DNA from: an uncultured virus (IMG/VR IMGVR_UViG_3300009551_000011)
Lineage: Duplodnaviria > Heunggongvirae > Uroviricota > Caudoviricetes
Strand: one strand, 5' to 3'
Virus record (IMG/VR): IMGVR_UViG_3300009551_000011
Length of the DNA: 20,000 nucleotides
Part shown: in pieces, positions 1 to 8,023 of the stretch
Layout: each line of letters opens with the position of its first letter
Numbering within the stretch: position 1 is the first letter of the stretch
Translations under genes and position numbers: made by a program
Notes under the pieces: generated by a model
What the model was told of the DNA's origin: nothing
What the model saw: the letters and a program-made list of their open reading frames with translations, nothing else
Databases searched by the model: none

Positions 1-96
1 ACGGTCGAGAAGATTATCAACCAGCTTTACACGACGTACAGCAACAAGCCGAACTTTGCCAAGCTCGCGGAGCAGACCCATGACGCAAATTCTTAG
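1..96 (+). CDS. 3' end of an upstream gene (partial, unknown product)
   Basis: Frame 1 is open from base 1 (TVEKIINQLYTTYSNKPNFAKLAEQTHDANS*) to TAG at 94-96, overlapping the helicase start. Confidence 0.5.
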   Translation, partial: TVEKIINQLYTTYSNKPNFAKLAEQTHDANS

Positions 97-1900
97 ACCT
101 TACCAGCATGGAACCGTGGAGGCGGTCTTTGATGCCATGGACCCGTTCGGCGAATCGTTGAACCGGGTGCTCTATGTGCTTTGCACAGGCGCGGGAAAGA
201 CAACAACCTTCTCCGAGATTATCAAGCGGTTCCTAGACGATGACAAAAAGGTTCTCGTTCTCGCGCACCGCAAAGAGCTAATCACTCAGGCATACAACCG
301 CATCAAAGACCACTGCGAATTGACCCCCTGGGAGATTGGCATAGAGTTGGCTGAACATCGGGCGCATACGAGTAACCGGGTAATCGTTGGGTCAGTTCAG
401 ACATGCGCGAAGGAAGGGCGACCTGGCACAGCTTTCCAGCCGGATGTGATTATTGTTGATGAGGCGCACCATGCAAGTAGTAACAGCTATCGGAAGATTG
501 CCACGCGGTACGGCGTAGATGAGGGCCGGTGCATGTACATAGGATGCACAGCCACCGCAAAGCGTACGGACAGGATGAGCTTGTATGCAAAACACCTAGA
601 CGGCTCGCCTGTTATGTTGGAGCGCAAGGGAAGGCCGGCGCGGCCTGCGTGTGAGACTGAATCAGTATTCCAGCGGCTTGTGTATGAGTACGGAATGCTT
701 GCTGCCGTGGATGAAGGCTGGTTGACTCCTATCATCGGTCATGTGGTTGAGACAGAGACCGACATCAATGAAGTGGAGACAGCCCGCGATGGTGATTTCA
801 ACGAAGGTCAACTTGCAAAGGTAGTTGATGATAAGCAGCGTACTTTGCTGGCTATCAACGCATGGAAAAAGCTTGCCGCGGATCGGCCAACCCTCGTATT
901 TTGTGCGTCCGTAGAACATGCACACCATGCGGCAGACCTGTGGAGGCAGGCAGGATACACGGCCCAGGCTATAGATGGTGAAACCGAAAACTGGGATCGG
1001 ACTACCTACTTTAGCAACTTCAAGGAAGGGCGCCTTCAGGTTATTACCAACATGGGTGTTGCTACTGAAGGGACCGACCTGCCGACATGTTCCTGCATCG
1101 TCCATCTTCGGCCAACAAAGAGTTGGAACCTGTACGTCCAGATGAGCGGGCGCGGCACAAGAGCGTTACCCGGTGTGTTGGACCACCTACAGGAAGCGGA
1201 ACCGATTGAGCGGTTGCGAGCAATCGAAAGCAGCGCGAAACCGAATTGCTACGTTATTGACATGGTGGACCTGTACGACAAGTGCGGCGACATTTGTACT
1301 GTTCCGTCCATCCTTGATTTGCCGGTGAAACTGGATCTTCAGGGGCACAGTTTGACGGAAGCAAAGAAGCTGCTGGATGAATTTGCAGAGGTCAAAGATC
1401 GCGTTATTGGAGAGTGTCCAACAACATACAAGGACCTTGAAGTTCGTCTGTCGGAGGTGAATCTGATGCGAACAAGCGGTGCGAGATCTACTCAGGATTG
1501 GAAGGCGACGGATACTGGATACCGGTTTATGAAGGTGCCGCCCGCTTATACCTGCGAGATGCTCCGTAACGGTGAAGGGTATCAGCTCATCGTAAAGCAC
1601 AAGAGCGAAACCATATTGGATAAGACAGGCAAAGAAGGTCACGACATGAGGTCCTATCTGGACAAAGCGCAAGAACGGGCAACGCAAGCCATAACTGCGC
1701 ATCGCGAAGCACAGCCGAAAATATCACGCGGAACGCTCAATCGGTTGACGCCAAAGCAGGCGTCGGTTCTACGCCGTAACGGACATAACAATGTTGAGAT
1801 CGATTCGTTTCCATATGCTAAGGCCAAGGCGCTTATTCAGACGTACATGAACGCTTGGCGGGCTTCACAGGCACAGCAATCCGAGACGGTGGCAGCATAG
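80..1900 (+). CDS. SF2 DEAD/DEAH-box helicase (ResIII/Irc3-like phage helicase)
   Basis: Q motif LRPYQ, Walker A CTGAGKT, Ia LAHRKEL, Walker B DEAHH, motif III TAT, TEGTDLP, motif VI QMSGRGTR. ATG at 80 is preferred over the ORF-track start at 56. Confidence 0.93.
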   Translation: MTQILRPYQHGTVEAVFDAMDPFGESLNRVLYVLCTGAGKTTTFSEIIKRFLDDDKKVLVLAHRKELITQAYNRIKDHCELTPWEIGIELAEHRAHTSNRVIVGSVQTCAKEGRPGTAFQPDVIIVDEAHHASSNSYRKIATRYGVDEGRCMYIGCTATAKRTDRMSLYAKHLDGSPVMLERKGRPARPACETESVFQRLVYEYGMLAAVDEGWLTPIIGHVVETETDINEVETARDGDFNEGQLAKVVDDKQRTLLAINAWKKLAADRPTLVFCASVEHAHHAADLWRQAGYTAQAIDGETENWDRTTYFSNFKEGRLQVITNMGVATEGTDLPTCSCIVHLRPTKSWNLYVQMSGRGTRALPGVLDHLQEAEPIERLRAIESSAKPNCYVIDMVDLYDKCGDICTVPSILDLPVKLDLQGHSLTEAKKLLDEFAEVKDRVIGECPTTYKDLEVRLSEVNLMRTSGARSTQDWKATDTGYRFMKVPPAYTCEMLRNGEGYQLIVKHKSETILDKTGKEGHDMRSYLDKAQERATQAITAHREAQPKISRGTLNRLTPKQASVLRRNGHNNVEIDSFPYAKAKALIQTYMNAWRASQAQQSETVAA

Positions 1901-1961
1901 AATTAGCCTCTCCGCCCCGAAACCGAGGGCTGCGGAGTAGGGAGATTGAGGGAGTAGAGAG

Positions 1962-2129
1962 ATGGCGTACGTAGAAGTCCAAACACACCGCGGAACTCAG
2001 AAGGTCAAGGTATGCGATTACTGCCGAGTGTGTTGCTGCCAATCTCGGTTCTGCTCTTCCCGATGTTATCACGAATACGAGCGACACGAAGAGTTGAGGC
2101 GCAAGCAGAATTCCGAGGCCAAATCATGA
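1962..2129 (+). CDS. 55-aa Cys-rich putative zinc-finger protein (not in ORF track)
   Basis: Manual translation MAYVEVQTHRGTQKVKVCDYCRVCCCQSRFCSSRCYHEYERHEELRRKQNSEAKS*; purine-rich SD (GAGGGAG) upstream; CxxC...FCSxxC pattern; the stop overlaps the next ATG (ATGA at 2126-2129). Confidence 0.65.
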   Translation: MAYVEVQTHRGTQKVKVCDYCRVCCCQSRFCSSRCYHEYERHEELRRKQNSEAKS

Positions 2130-2743
2130 CCGCCGAGACGCTCGAGGAGTTCAACCTCACTCTAAAACCCAACAAGAGGCGGACGCGTAAGCCGAAGCCA
2201 ATGACCGGTTGCAGCGAGAAACGGGCCGAGGAAGGCGGAGATGATTTCCAGACGCCGCCAGAAGCGCTCAGCGTTCTCTACCCGTATCTACCGGCCGGCA
2301 AAACGATTTGGGAACCGGCCATGGGCGAGGGCAACCTAGTCAGTGCGCTCATGAAGCGGGGATATCCGGTAATCGGTTCGGATATCAAGACAGGCCAGAA
2401 CTTCTTCAGTTATCGACCGGCGGATCCTTGGGATATCCAGGTAACGAACCCTCCGTTCAGCGTGAAAGATGGCTGGATTGCGGAGTCTTACCGGTGGCTG
2501 GTTGAGTACGGAAAACCGTTTGCGCTCCTGTTGCCGTTCGCTGCGCTGGAAGGGGCGAAGCGGCAGCCGTTATACATTCAGCACGGCGTAGAGCTGATTT
2601 TCCTTGACCGCAGATTGAATTTTCAGACGCCGAGCGGCGAGGGCGATGGTTCATGGTTCGCTACGATGTGGCTTACGGCAGGATTGAACATTGGGCGGCA
2701 GTTGACCTTCGCCACGGTGGAGGATGAGAAGCAGGCAGACTGA
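2126..2743 (+). CDS. Phage DNA N6-adenine methyltransferase
   Basis: DDFQTP, SAM-binding WEPAMGEG, GSDI and catalytic TNPPFS motifs. Start placed at the ATGA overlap at 2126. Confidence 0.85.
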   Translation: MTAETLEEFNLTLKPNKRRTRKPKPMTGCSEKRAEEGGDDFQTPPEALSVLYPYLPAGKTIWEPAMGEGNLVSALMKRGYPVIGSDIKTGQNFFSYRPADPWDIQVTNPPFSVKDGWIAESYRWLVEYGKPFALLLPFAALEGAKRQPLYIQHGVELIFLDRRLNFQTPSGEGDGSWFATMWLTAGLNIGRQLTFATVEDEKQAD

Positions 2744-2754
2744 ATCTTTGCACA

Positions 2755-2880
2755 ATGCTTTGCCCTCATAAAGGCATACCTTTGAGAGGAATTCCTGTTG
2801 ATAGTGAGGGCTGTATAACCTGTCCAGGGCACGGATTGAGATTTAACGTGACTACCGGCGAAATGGTTACATACGAATAA
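2755..2880 (+). CDS. 41-aa minimal Rieske [2Fe-2S]-motif protein or remnant (not in ORF track)
   Basis: Manual translation MLCPHKGIPLRGIPVDSEGCITCPGHGLRFNVTTGEMVTYE* has CxH...CxxHGxxF...TG Rieske boxes. Its TAA overlaps the next ATG at 2880. Confidence 0.65.
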   Translation: MLCPHKGIPLRGIPVDSEGCITCPGHGLRFNVTTGEMVTYE

Positions 2881-3071
2881 TGGGCCGCGAAGTCGAACCG
2901 CTCTGCCCTCACCCGCGCAAGGGCCGAGTGACCAATCAGGCATGGGGCTATGACGAGAAGCGGCCCTTCATGTGCGTTCCGGTGTGCGAGAGGCTTGTCT
3001 GCCAGCGGGTGGCCAGGGTGAAGGTTCAGGCGAATACCGGGGAAGAGGCGGTTTTTGTGGAGGATGAGTAA
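2880..3071 (+). CDS. Hypothetical protein (Cys-containing)
   Basis: 63-aa ORF coupled by TAATG overlaps at both ends. Confidence 0.5.
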   Translation: MGREVEPLCPHPRKGRVTNQAWGYDEKRPFMCVPVCERLVCQRVARVKVQANTGEEAVFVEDE

Positions 3072-3538
3072 TGGCGGGTCAATATGCTGTAGACACCAAG
3101 ATCGATTCGATGAAGACGCGCAACGATATTGAGAAACTGCTCATGAAGTACGGCGCGACAGGCTTCCTGTACGGTTCGGCAGAGTCGGCTGCGCTCATCG
3201 GGTTTACAATCAACAATCGGCAGTTCCGGATCGTCCTGCCGCTGCCAGACAGGACTAGCAAGAGTATTACACATCATTCAAGGGGCGTACGCAATGCCGA
3301 TGCTCAGGCGGCGGCTTATGAGCAGGCTTGCAGGAGCAGTTGGCGCTCTCTTTTCCTTATCATCAAGGCCAAACTTGAAGCCGTGGCAACTGGCATCAGC
3401 ACGGTTGAACGCGAGTTCCTTCCTGACCTTGTTATGCCTGATGGTCAAACGGTGAGCCAGTGGGCCGCGCCACAAGTCGAGCAAATGTACCTTACTGGAC
3501 GGATGCCTGCTTTGTTGCCGATGTTGGAGGCAAAATAG
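3071..3538 (+). CDS. Conserved phage hypothetical protein
   Basis: GGAGG SD upstream. The pattern IEKLLMKYGA...WRSLFLIIKAKLEAV...GIST.EREFL resembles a widespread phage family of unknown function (recalled, not searched). Confidence 0.75.
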   Translation: MAGQYAVDTKIDSMKTRNDIEKLLMKYGATGFLYGSAESAALIGFTINNRQFRIVLPLPDRTSKSITHHSRGVRNADAQAAAYEQACRSSWRSLFLIIKAKLEAVATGISTVEREFLPDLVMPDGQTVSQWAAPQVEQMYLTGRMPALLPMLEAK

Positions 3539-3733
3539 ATGGTCAGAACTTTAGTGATGCTTGTCGAAGTGCCAGACGACATGCCTCTAGAGGAAATCAA
3601 ACCATTAACCGAGCGTGCTTTAGGAGTTCACTTTCCATTGCTTACTTCGGCAAGGGCGATAGTCCATGAGAGCGTGGAGTGTGTTGCCCAGGCACTAAGC
3701 AATGATTTTACAGTGGAGTCTTTTGAAGAATGA
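3539..3733 (+). CDS. Hypothetical protein
   Basis: 64-aa ORF with GGAGG SD, abutting neighbours on both sides. Confidence 0.6.
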   Translation: MVRTLVMLVEVPDDMPLEEIKPLTERALGVHFPLLTSARAIVHESVECVAQALSNDFTVESFEE

Positions 3734-4200
3734 CAAACCTGTTCGCCGAGGAAGAGACGGTCAAATCCGTCAAGCTAACGTTCCCGCCGGTGCCGCGTTC
3801 GCTCAAGCCTAACGAGAACATCCATTGGCGCATCAAGAGCGAGCCTACCAAGCAGTATCGGGCTTTGTGCAAAGAGGAGACCGAAAAGCAGTTGGCACGT
3901 GTCGATCTGGTGGGCGCCAAGTTCAAGTTATCCTACCGATTCTGCATCGGCGGATCTCGAGGTGATTGTCCGCATACTCGCAGAGCCCGGACTGATGGTA
4001 AGCCACTCAAGCCATGCCGTAGGTGCCCGTATGCACCGAGAGACGCGAGCAACGCCCTGGCCTCGTTCAAGGCTGGGCAGGACGGGCTGTGCGATGCGCT
4101 GGGGATTGAGGATAGCCGCAAATTCGTGACGGTTGGTTCGATTGATATTGACCCGAAGCAGGGGCCTTGGGTGGAAGTCTTGGTGGAGGTCATATCATGA
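3730..4200 (+). CDS. RusA-like Holliday junction resolvase/endodeoxyribonuclease
   Basis: N-terminal LTFPPVP..L.PN..HW, catalytic-region RDASNALASFKAGQDGLCDALGIEDS (D..N....K...D....G..D), C-terminal VEVLV. Confidence 0.75.
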   Translation: MTNLFAEEETVKSVKLTFPPVPRSLKPNENIHWRIKSEPTKQYRALCKEETEKQLARVDLVGAKFKLSYRFCIGGSRGDCPHTRRARTDGKPLKPCRRCPYAPRDASNALASFKAGQDGLCDALGIEDSRKFVTVGSIDIDPKQGPWVEVLVEVIS

Positions 4201-4541
4201 TACTCACACCCGAACAAATCAATGAACTCCTAGTTGCAAATTGGGGTGAGGTAGGCGTGAATGGCTCAGACTTCTCTCGGGTGATTGAGAGCCATGAGGA
4301 GTTGAGGGCGGACCTTCGCCTTGCGGTCAGATCAGCTTATCTGAACTGTGCTGCTGATGCGTGTGTTTACTGTCTCAGTGATTGGCCTATTCAATATCAT
4401 GGTTCCAAGTTTAGGCACTTAGCGCCTTATGATTCGAAGCAGCATCAAACATGTAGGGCGCAGTATGAGCGGCTTCGGATAGCAGAGATAGATATGGCTA
4501 TGGCGGAGACAGACGAGGACGCGAGGAGGGCGGAAGGGTGA
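4197..4541 (+). CDS. Hypothetical protein
   Basis: ATGA-coupled to the resolvase gene with GGAGG SD; contains CxxC. Confidence 0.6.
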   Translation: MILTPEQINELLVANWGEVGVNGSDFSRVIESHEELRADLRLAVRSAYLNCAADACVYCLSDWPIQYHGSKFRHLAPYDSKQHQTCRAQYERLRIAEIDMAMAETDEDARRAEG

Positions 4542-4720
4542 ACATTACGAGACCCTGTGCTTGTGCTAAAGGCATGGATGAAACAGTCCGCGTGCCCGCT
4601 CCTAATGGGGACATAAAGCAGGCTTCTAACATTTGGGGTCCAGTGCCAGGGCTGTACAGATGCACAGATTGTGGCTCTTTGAAAAACTTAACTGTTCCTA
4701 AAGAGGCGGATTCCCCATGA
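4538..4720 (+). CDS. Small zinc-ribbon-like protein
   Basis: 60 aa with CAC...CTDC; GTGA and ATGA overlaps with neighbours. Confidence 0.55.
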   Translation: MNITRPCACAKGMDETVRVPAPNGDIKQASNIWGPVPGLYRCTDCGSLKNLTVPKEADSP

Positions 4721-4932
4721 CTCCTCTCCTCTCCTGCCACCAATGCCAGACCGTGGTAGTCTCCGAATCGCAGGGACGTGTCAACTATCGCGGCTCCGAC
4801 ATCGGCTCATACCCCGACACAGGCAAGGTCACAGGGAAGTGCCCGCGCTGCCAAAAGCGATGGGAGTTTGTCCTTACCTCCTCCTCATTGACAACCAAGC
4901 ACAACTTGGCTATACTTCAATCTAACAAGTAG
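4717..4932 (+). CDS. Zinc-finger protein, Mu Com-like putative late regulator
   Basis: CHQC-x31-CPRC (…KCPRC resembles the Com-type finger); last gene before the late promoter/terminator and terminase. Confidence 0.6.
   Translation: MTPLLSCHQCQTVVVSESQGRVNYRGSDIGSYPDTGKVTGKCPRCQKRWEFVLTSSSLTTKHNLAILQSNK
4888..4916 (+). promoter_or_regulatory. Sigma70-type late promoter with an inverted repeat in the spacer
   Basis: TTGACA (4888-4893), 17-bp spacer, TATACT (4911-4916). The spacer contains CCAAG-N5-CTTGG (4895-4909). Confidence 0.8.
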
Positions 4933-4959
4933 CACCAATTTTATACGTACACGGCTGGT

Positions 4960-5002
4960 AGCCGCTCACTTCGGTCTGGGAGATCGAGGCGGGCGGCTTT
5001 TT
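4960..5002 (+). terminator. Intrinsic terminator in the late leader, with a UGGGA loop
   Basis: AGCCGCTCACTTCGGTC / GATCGAGGCGGGCGGCT form 16 of 17 pairs including G-U; loop TGGGA; followed by TTTTGCTTT. Confidence 0.8.
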
Positions 5003-5073
5003 GCTTTCTCCAGTGCAGGAGTTATTGCCATGGCGGGCATGAGCCGGTTGGTTGGGATGTGGTGAGTCAGTAA

Positions 5074-5670
5074 ATGTCAGCACATCGTGCTTCTAATTCA
5101 TTAACAACCAGGCAGGAAAAGGCGGCCGCCCTACTCGCTGTTGATAGCATTTCAGATGTCGAAATCGCTGCCAAATGTGGGATTACGGATCGGTCACTCA
5201 ACCGATGGAAATCTAACCCGCAATTCGCCGCTCGCGTTCAAAAGTTACGCGATGAAGCCGCCGAGCGCATCAGGGAAGAGGTCATAACTACTGGCATAGC
5301 CGACCGGGTAAACCGCGTCAAGCGCCTGAACGATGACTGGATCCGAATGCAGCAGGTAATCAAAGAGCGCGGCGAATCGGCTGAGATGGAGGAGATACCT
5401 GGCGGTCAAACCGGCCTCCTGGTTCGCCAAATCAAGGGTATTGGCAAGGGTGAAGATTTCCAGATTGTTGAGATGTACGCCGTTGATGCCGCTCTACTCT
5501 CCCAGTTAACTGCACATGAGGCGGCGGCGGCTAAGGAACTCGGACAAACCATTGACCGCCACGAGATAGATGTCAGAGATACAACTGCTGCAGACTCGCT
5601 TGACCGCAAACTGGCTGGCCTCGCTGCCCGAATCGGAGCGCCTCCAGTTCCTAGCGAGCCTGAGCCATGA
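5074..5670 (+). CDS. terS: Terminase small subunit (N-terminal HTH)
   Basis: LTTRQEKAAALLA...EIAAKCGITDRSLNRWKSNPQF HTH; directly upstream of and overlapping terL. Confidence 0.8.
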   Translation: MSAHRASNSLTTRQEKAAALLAVDSISDVEIAAKCGITDRSLNRWKSNPQFAARVQKLRDEAAERIREEVITTGIADRVNRVKRLNDDWIRMQQVIKERGESAEMEEIPGGQTGLLVRQIKGIGKGEDFQIVEMYAVDAALLSQLTAHEAAAAKELGQTIDRHEIDVRDTTAADSLDRKLAGLAARIGAPPVPSEPEP

Positions 5671-6916
5671 GGAGCGGGAAGAGCTCTTCTACAAGTGGAG
5701 TTTCTGGGCCCGAGACGCACAAATCAGTCCGCCAGGCGATTGGCGCTGCTGGCTCATCCTTGCAGGCAGAGGATTCGGTAAGACGCGGATTGGCGCCGAA
5801 GTCGTAAGGGCTATAGCTGAGACCGGCGAGGTTGGACGAATTGGTCTAATCGGGCAGACTGCGGCCGACGTGCGCGACGTTATGGTTGAAGGAGAGAGCG
5901 GGATACTCGAAATCTCTCCTCCATGGTTCAGGCCGAAGTACGAGCCATCAAAGCGCCGCCTGACATGGCCGAACGGAGTCAAGGCGACAACCTTCTCAGG
6001 TGATGAGCCCGACCAGCTCCGCGGACCGCAGCATGGCTTAGTCTGGGCAGATGAGCCGGCCAAATGGAAGTACCCGGATGACGCATGGTCCAACATGGAA
6101 TTCGGTCTGCGTACCGGAGATCATCCGAGGGTAGTGGCAACAACCACGCCCAGGCCGATAAAGCTGATCCGTGAACTGGTGAATGACCCGACGACACACG
6201 TCACACGCGGTTCGACCTATGACAATTACGGCAACCTTGCTCCATCGTTCATTCAAAAGGTTCTCACCCGTTACGAGGGCACGAGACTCGGCAGGCAGGA
6301 GCTTCTAGCCGAAATCCTTGACGACAATCCGGGCGCATTGTGGCAGCGCTCTATGATAGACGCGCTCCGGGTTAAGACCGCTCCGGACCTATTCAGAATT
6401 GTTGTTGCTGTTGACCCGATGGTGGCCGATGTGAATACCGCCGCCAATCTCGAGGATGAAGGCTCAGCCTGCGGGATCGTGGTGTTTGGCGTGACGGAAG
6501 GCCCAGACGGGCACGGGTATGTGCTTGAAGACAAGACGGTCTTCGGTTCACCGAACGAATGGGCGGCTACCGCGGTCAACGCCTATCTTGAGCATAAGGC
6601 GGATCGGATAGTCGCAGAAACAAATCAGGGCGGCGCGATGGTCGATTTCACCATTCGGACGGTTGCCCGCGATATGGGCGTAAGGGTTTCGTACCGGGGT
6701 GTCCATGCATCCAGAGGCAAGTATGTACGAGCTGAGCCAGTCGCCGCTCTGTACGAGCAGAAGAGGGTTCATCACGTAGGCAGCATGCCCGACCTCGAGG
6801 ATGAGCTTTGTAATTGGGAACCTGGACAACCTTCACCTAACCGGTTGGATGCCCTTGTATGGGGAGCGACCGACACGATGGTTGAGAACGTGAAGCGACA
6901 GGCACGGACGGCTTAA
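5570..6916 (+). CDS. terL: Terminase large subunit (Terminase_6-type)
   Basis: Walker A AGRGFGKT, LRGPQ, Walker B WADE, TTTP coupling motif, GRQEL, RNase H-like nuclease VVAVDP...ETNQGG...NRLDA. Confidence 0.96.
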   Translation: MSEIQLLQTRLTANWLASLPESERLQFLASLSHEEREELFYKWSFWARDAQISPPGDWRCWLILAGRGFGKTRIGAEVVRAIAETGEVGRIGLIGQTAADVRDVMVEGESGILEISPPWFRPKYEPSKRRLTWPNGVKATTFSGDEPDQLRGPQHGLVWADEPAKWKYPDDAWSNMEFGLRTGDHPRVVATTTPRPIKLIRELVNDPTTHVTRGSTYDNYGNLAPSFIQKVLTRYEGTRLGRQELLAEILDDNPGALWQRSMIDALRVKTAPDLFRIVVAVDPMVADVNTAANLEDEGSACGIVVFGVTEGPDGHGYVLEDKTVFGSPNEWAATAVNAYLEHKADRIVAETNQGGAMVDFTIRTVARDMGVRVSYRGVHASRGKYVRAEPVAALYEQKRVHHVGSMPDLEDELCNWEPGQPSPNRLDALVWGATDTMVENVKRQARTA

Positions 6917-6931
6917 CCGTTGGGAGGCGGT
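6916..6931 (+). repeat. Junction hairpin motif, copy 1 (ACCGTTGGGAGGCGGT)
   Basis: Exact 16-mer overlapping the terL stop; includes the GGAGG SD for ATG 6936. Confidence 0.85.
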
Positions 6932-6935
6932 AGAG

Positions 6936-7157
6936 ATGGATCAAGATGCGTACGGTGTGTGGCTAGGCGACACGATCAAAGATGGTCGATGGTTGTTCGA
7001 TGACGCCAAGCGCCTAATTAGCTTCCCTACCTTCAATGAGGCAGAGGCGCAGGCGGTTATGCTCAGGAAGCGAGAGGGTGTTGACTGTATGGCCTGTCAA
7101 ATCCTCCACAACGGATTACCTCCGCTCAGTGCATTCCGAAGTAAGGCGGTGGCCTAG
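6936..7157 (+). CDS. Hypothetical protein
   Basis: 73-aa ORF with SD inside motif copy 1; abuts the next gene. Confidence 0.65.
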   Translation: MDQDAYGVWLGDTIKDGRWLFDDAKRLISFPTFNEAEAQAVMLRKREGVDCMACQILHNGLPPLSAFRSKAVA

Positions 7158-7688
7158 ATGAGCGAAACCGCAGCCGCCCGCGAAACCCTCGCTCCGTACT
7201 GCTCCGAGCCCATCGGTATCGACTTTGGATTCGGCGGCGACAAAATCGTTCCTCACGCATGGGCGTTCGATATGTCGCAAGCTTACACATCGGTCGGAGG
7301 TGACAGGCAGCAGGTGATTGCCTACGCTGATCGCCCTCTTCAGTTTCTTGCCGATGGCGCGATGGATTGGATTTACTCCTCTCATCTTCTCGAAGATTTC
7401 CACTACTTTGAACTCTCTTCCGTGCTTCGTGAATGGCGGCGTGTCCTAAAGTCCGGCGGATTGCTCGTCACCAATTGCCCAGACCAACAGAAATTCGTCG
7501 CACACTGCACGGCACACATGGAACGCACCGGCCAGGATATCCGCAACCTGGCCCACAAGGAAGCCGATTTCAGCCTTGAGACGTTCCGCGCGGTCCTAAA
7601 CCAGACGGGTGCATGGGAAGAGGTCTTTGTGCAACCGGAGGCGGGGGCGTACAGTTGGTATTTGGTTGTCCGAAAGGTTGGAGCATGA
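7158..7688 (+). CDS. Class I SAM-dependent methyltransferase (Methyltransf_11-like)
   Basis: GIDFGFGG motif I, DWIYSSHLLEDF, EWRRVLKSGG. Confidence 0.85.
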   Translation: MSETAAARETLAPYCSEPIGIDFGFGGDKIVPHAWAFDMSQAYTSVGGDRQQVIAYADRPLQFLADGAMDWIYSSHLLEDFHYFELSSVLREWRRVLKSGGLLVTNCPDQQKFVAHCTAHMERTGQDIRNLAHKEADFSLETFRAVLNQTGAWEEVFVQPEAGAYSWYLVVRKVGA

Positions 7689-8023
7689 CAAGCGCGCCTC
7701 AGTTCACATTGCCGCCCTTGACCCTTGACGGACTCCTTGATGTCATGAAGCAGATTAGGACGCCTCCGCCTCTACCAAAACTGTTCGCTGGCGATCCGTG
7801 CGACAAGGTATTGGATGCCTTAGGCGTCCATAAAGTACCCGGCCCGTTCGAGCGATGGGCTTCAAATCACTACGAGATGGCTATCGTCACGGATCCATTC
7901 ATGCCTGCCAACACTATACGGTTCGAGCATCCAGACGGGCGCATCGATGTACTTGTCTTACAGGAGGATGGCTCCGTCGCTAACATCCCGGTTCCCTCTA
8001 GCCCGTTTACGGAGGTCAAATGA
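7685..8023 (+). CDS. Hypothetical protein
   Basis: ATGA overlaps at both ends; GGAG SD. Confidence 0.6.
   Translation: MTSAPQFTLPPLTLDGLLDVMKQIRTPPPLPKLFAGDPCDKVLDALGVHKVPGPFERWASNHYEMAIVTDPFMPANTIRFEHPDGRIDVLVLQEDGSVANIPVPSSPFTEVK

Noticed and set aside
113..126. ACCGTGGAGGCGGT variant inside the helicase gene
   Set aside because: The loop is 2 nt shorter, the site is intragenic (T-V-E-A-V) and outside the late operon; it cannot be distinguished from chance.
1910..1937. Hairpin CTCCGC...GCGGAG after the helicase
   Set aside because: There is no U-tract and the inner stem is imperfect, so it is not supportable as a terminator.
2126..2743. Methyltransferase as part of a restriction-modification system
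   Set aside because: No cognate endonuclease is adjacent; orphan adenine methyltransferases are ordinary in phage replication regions.
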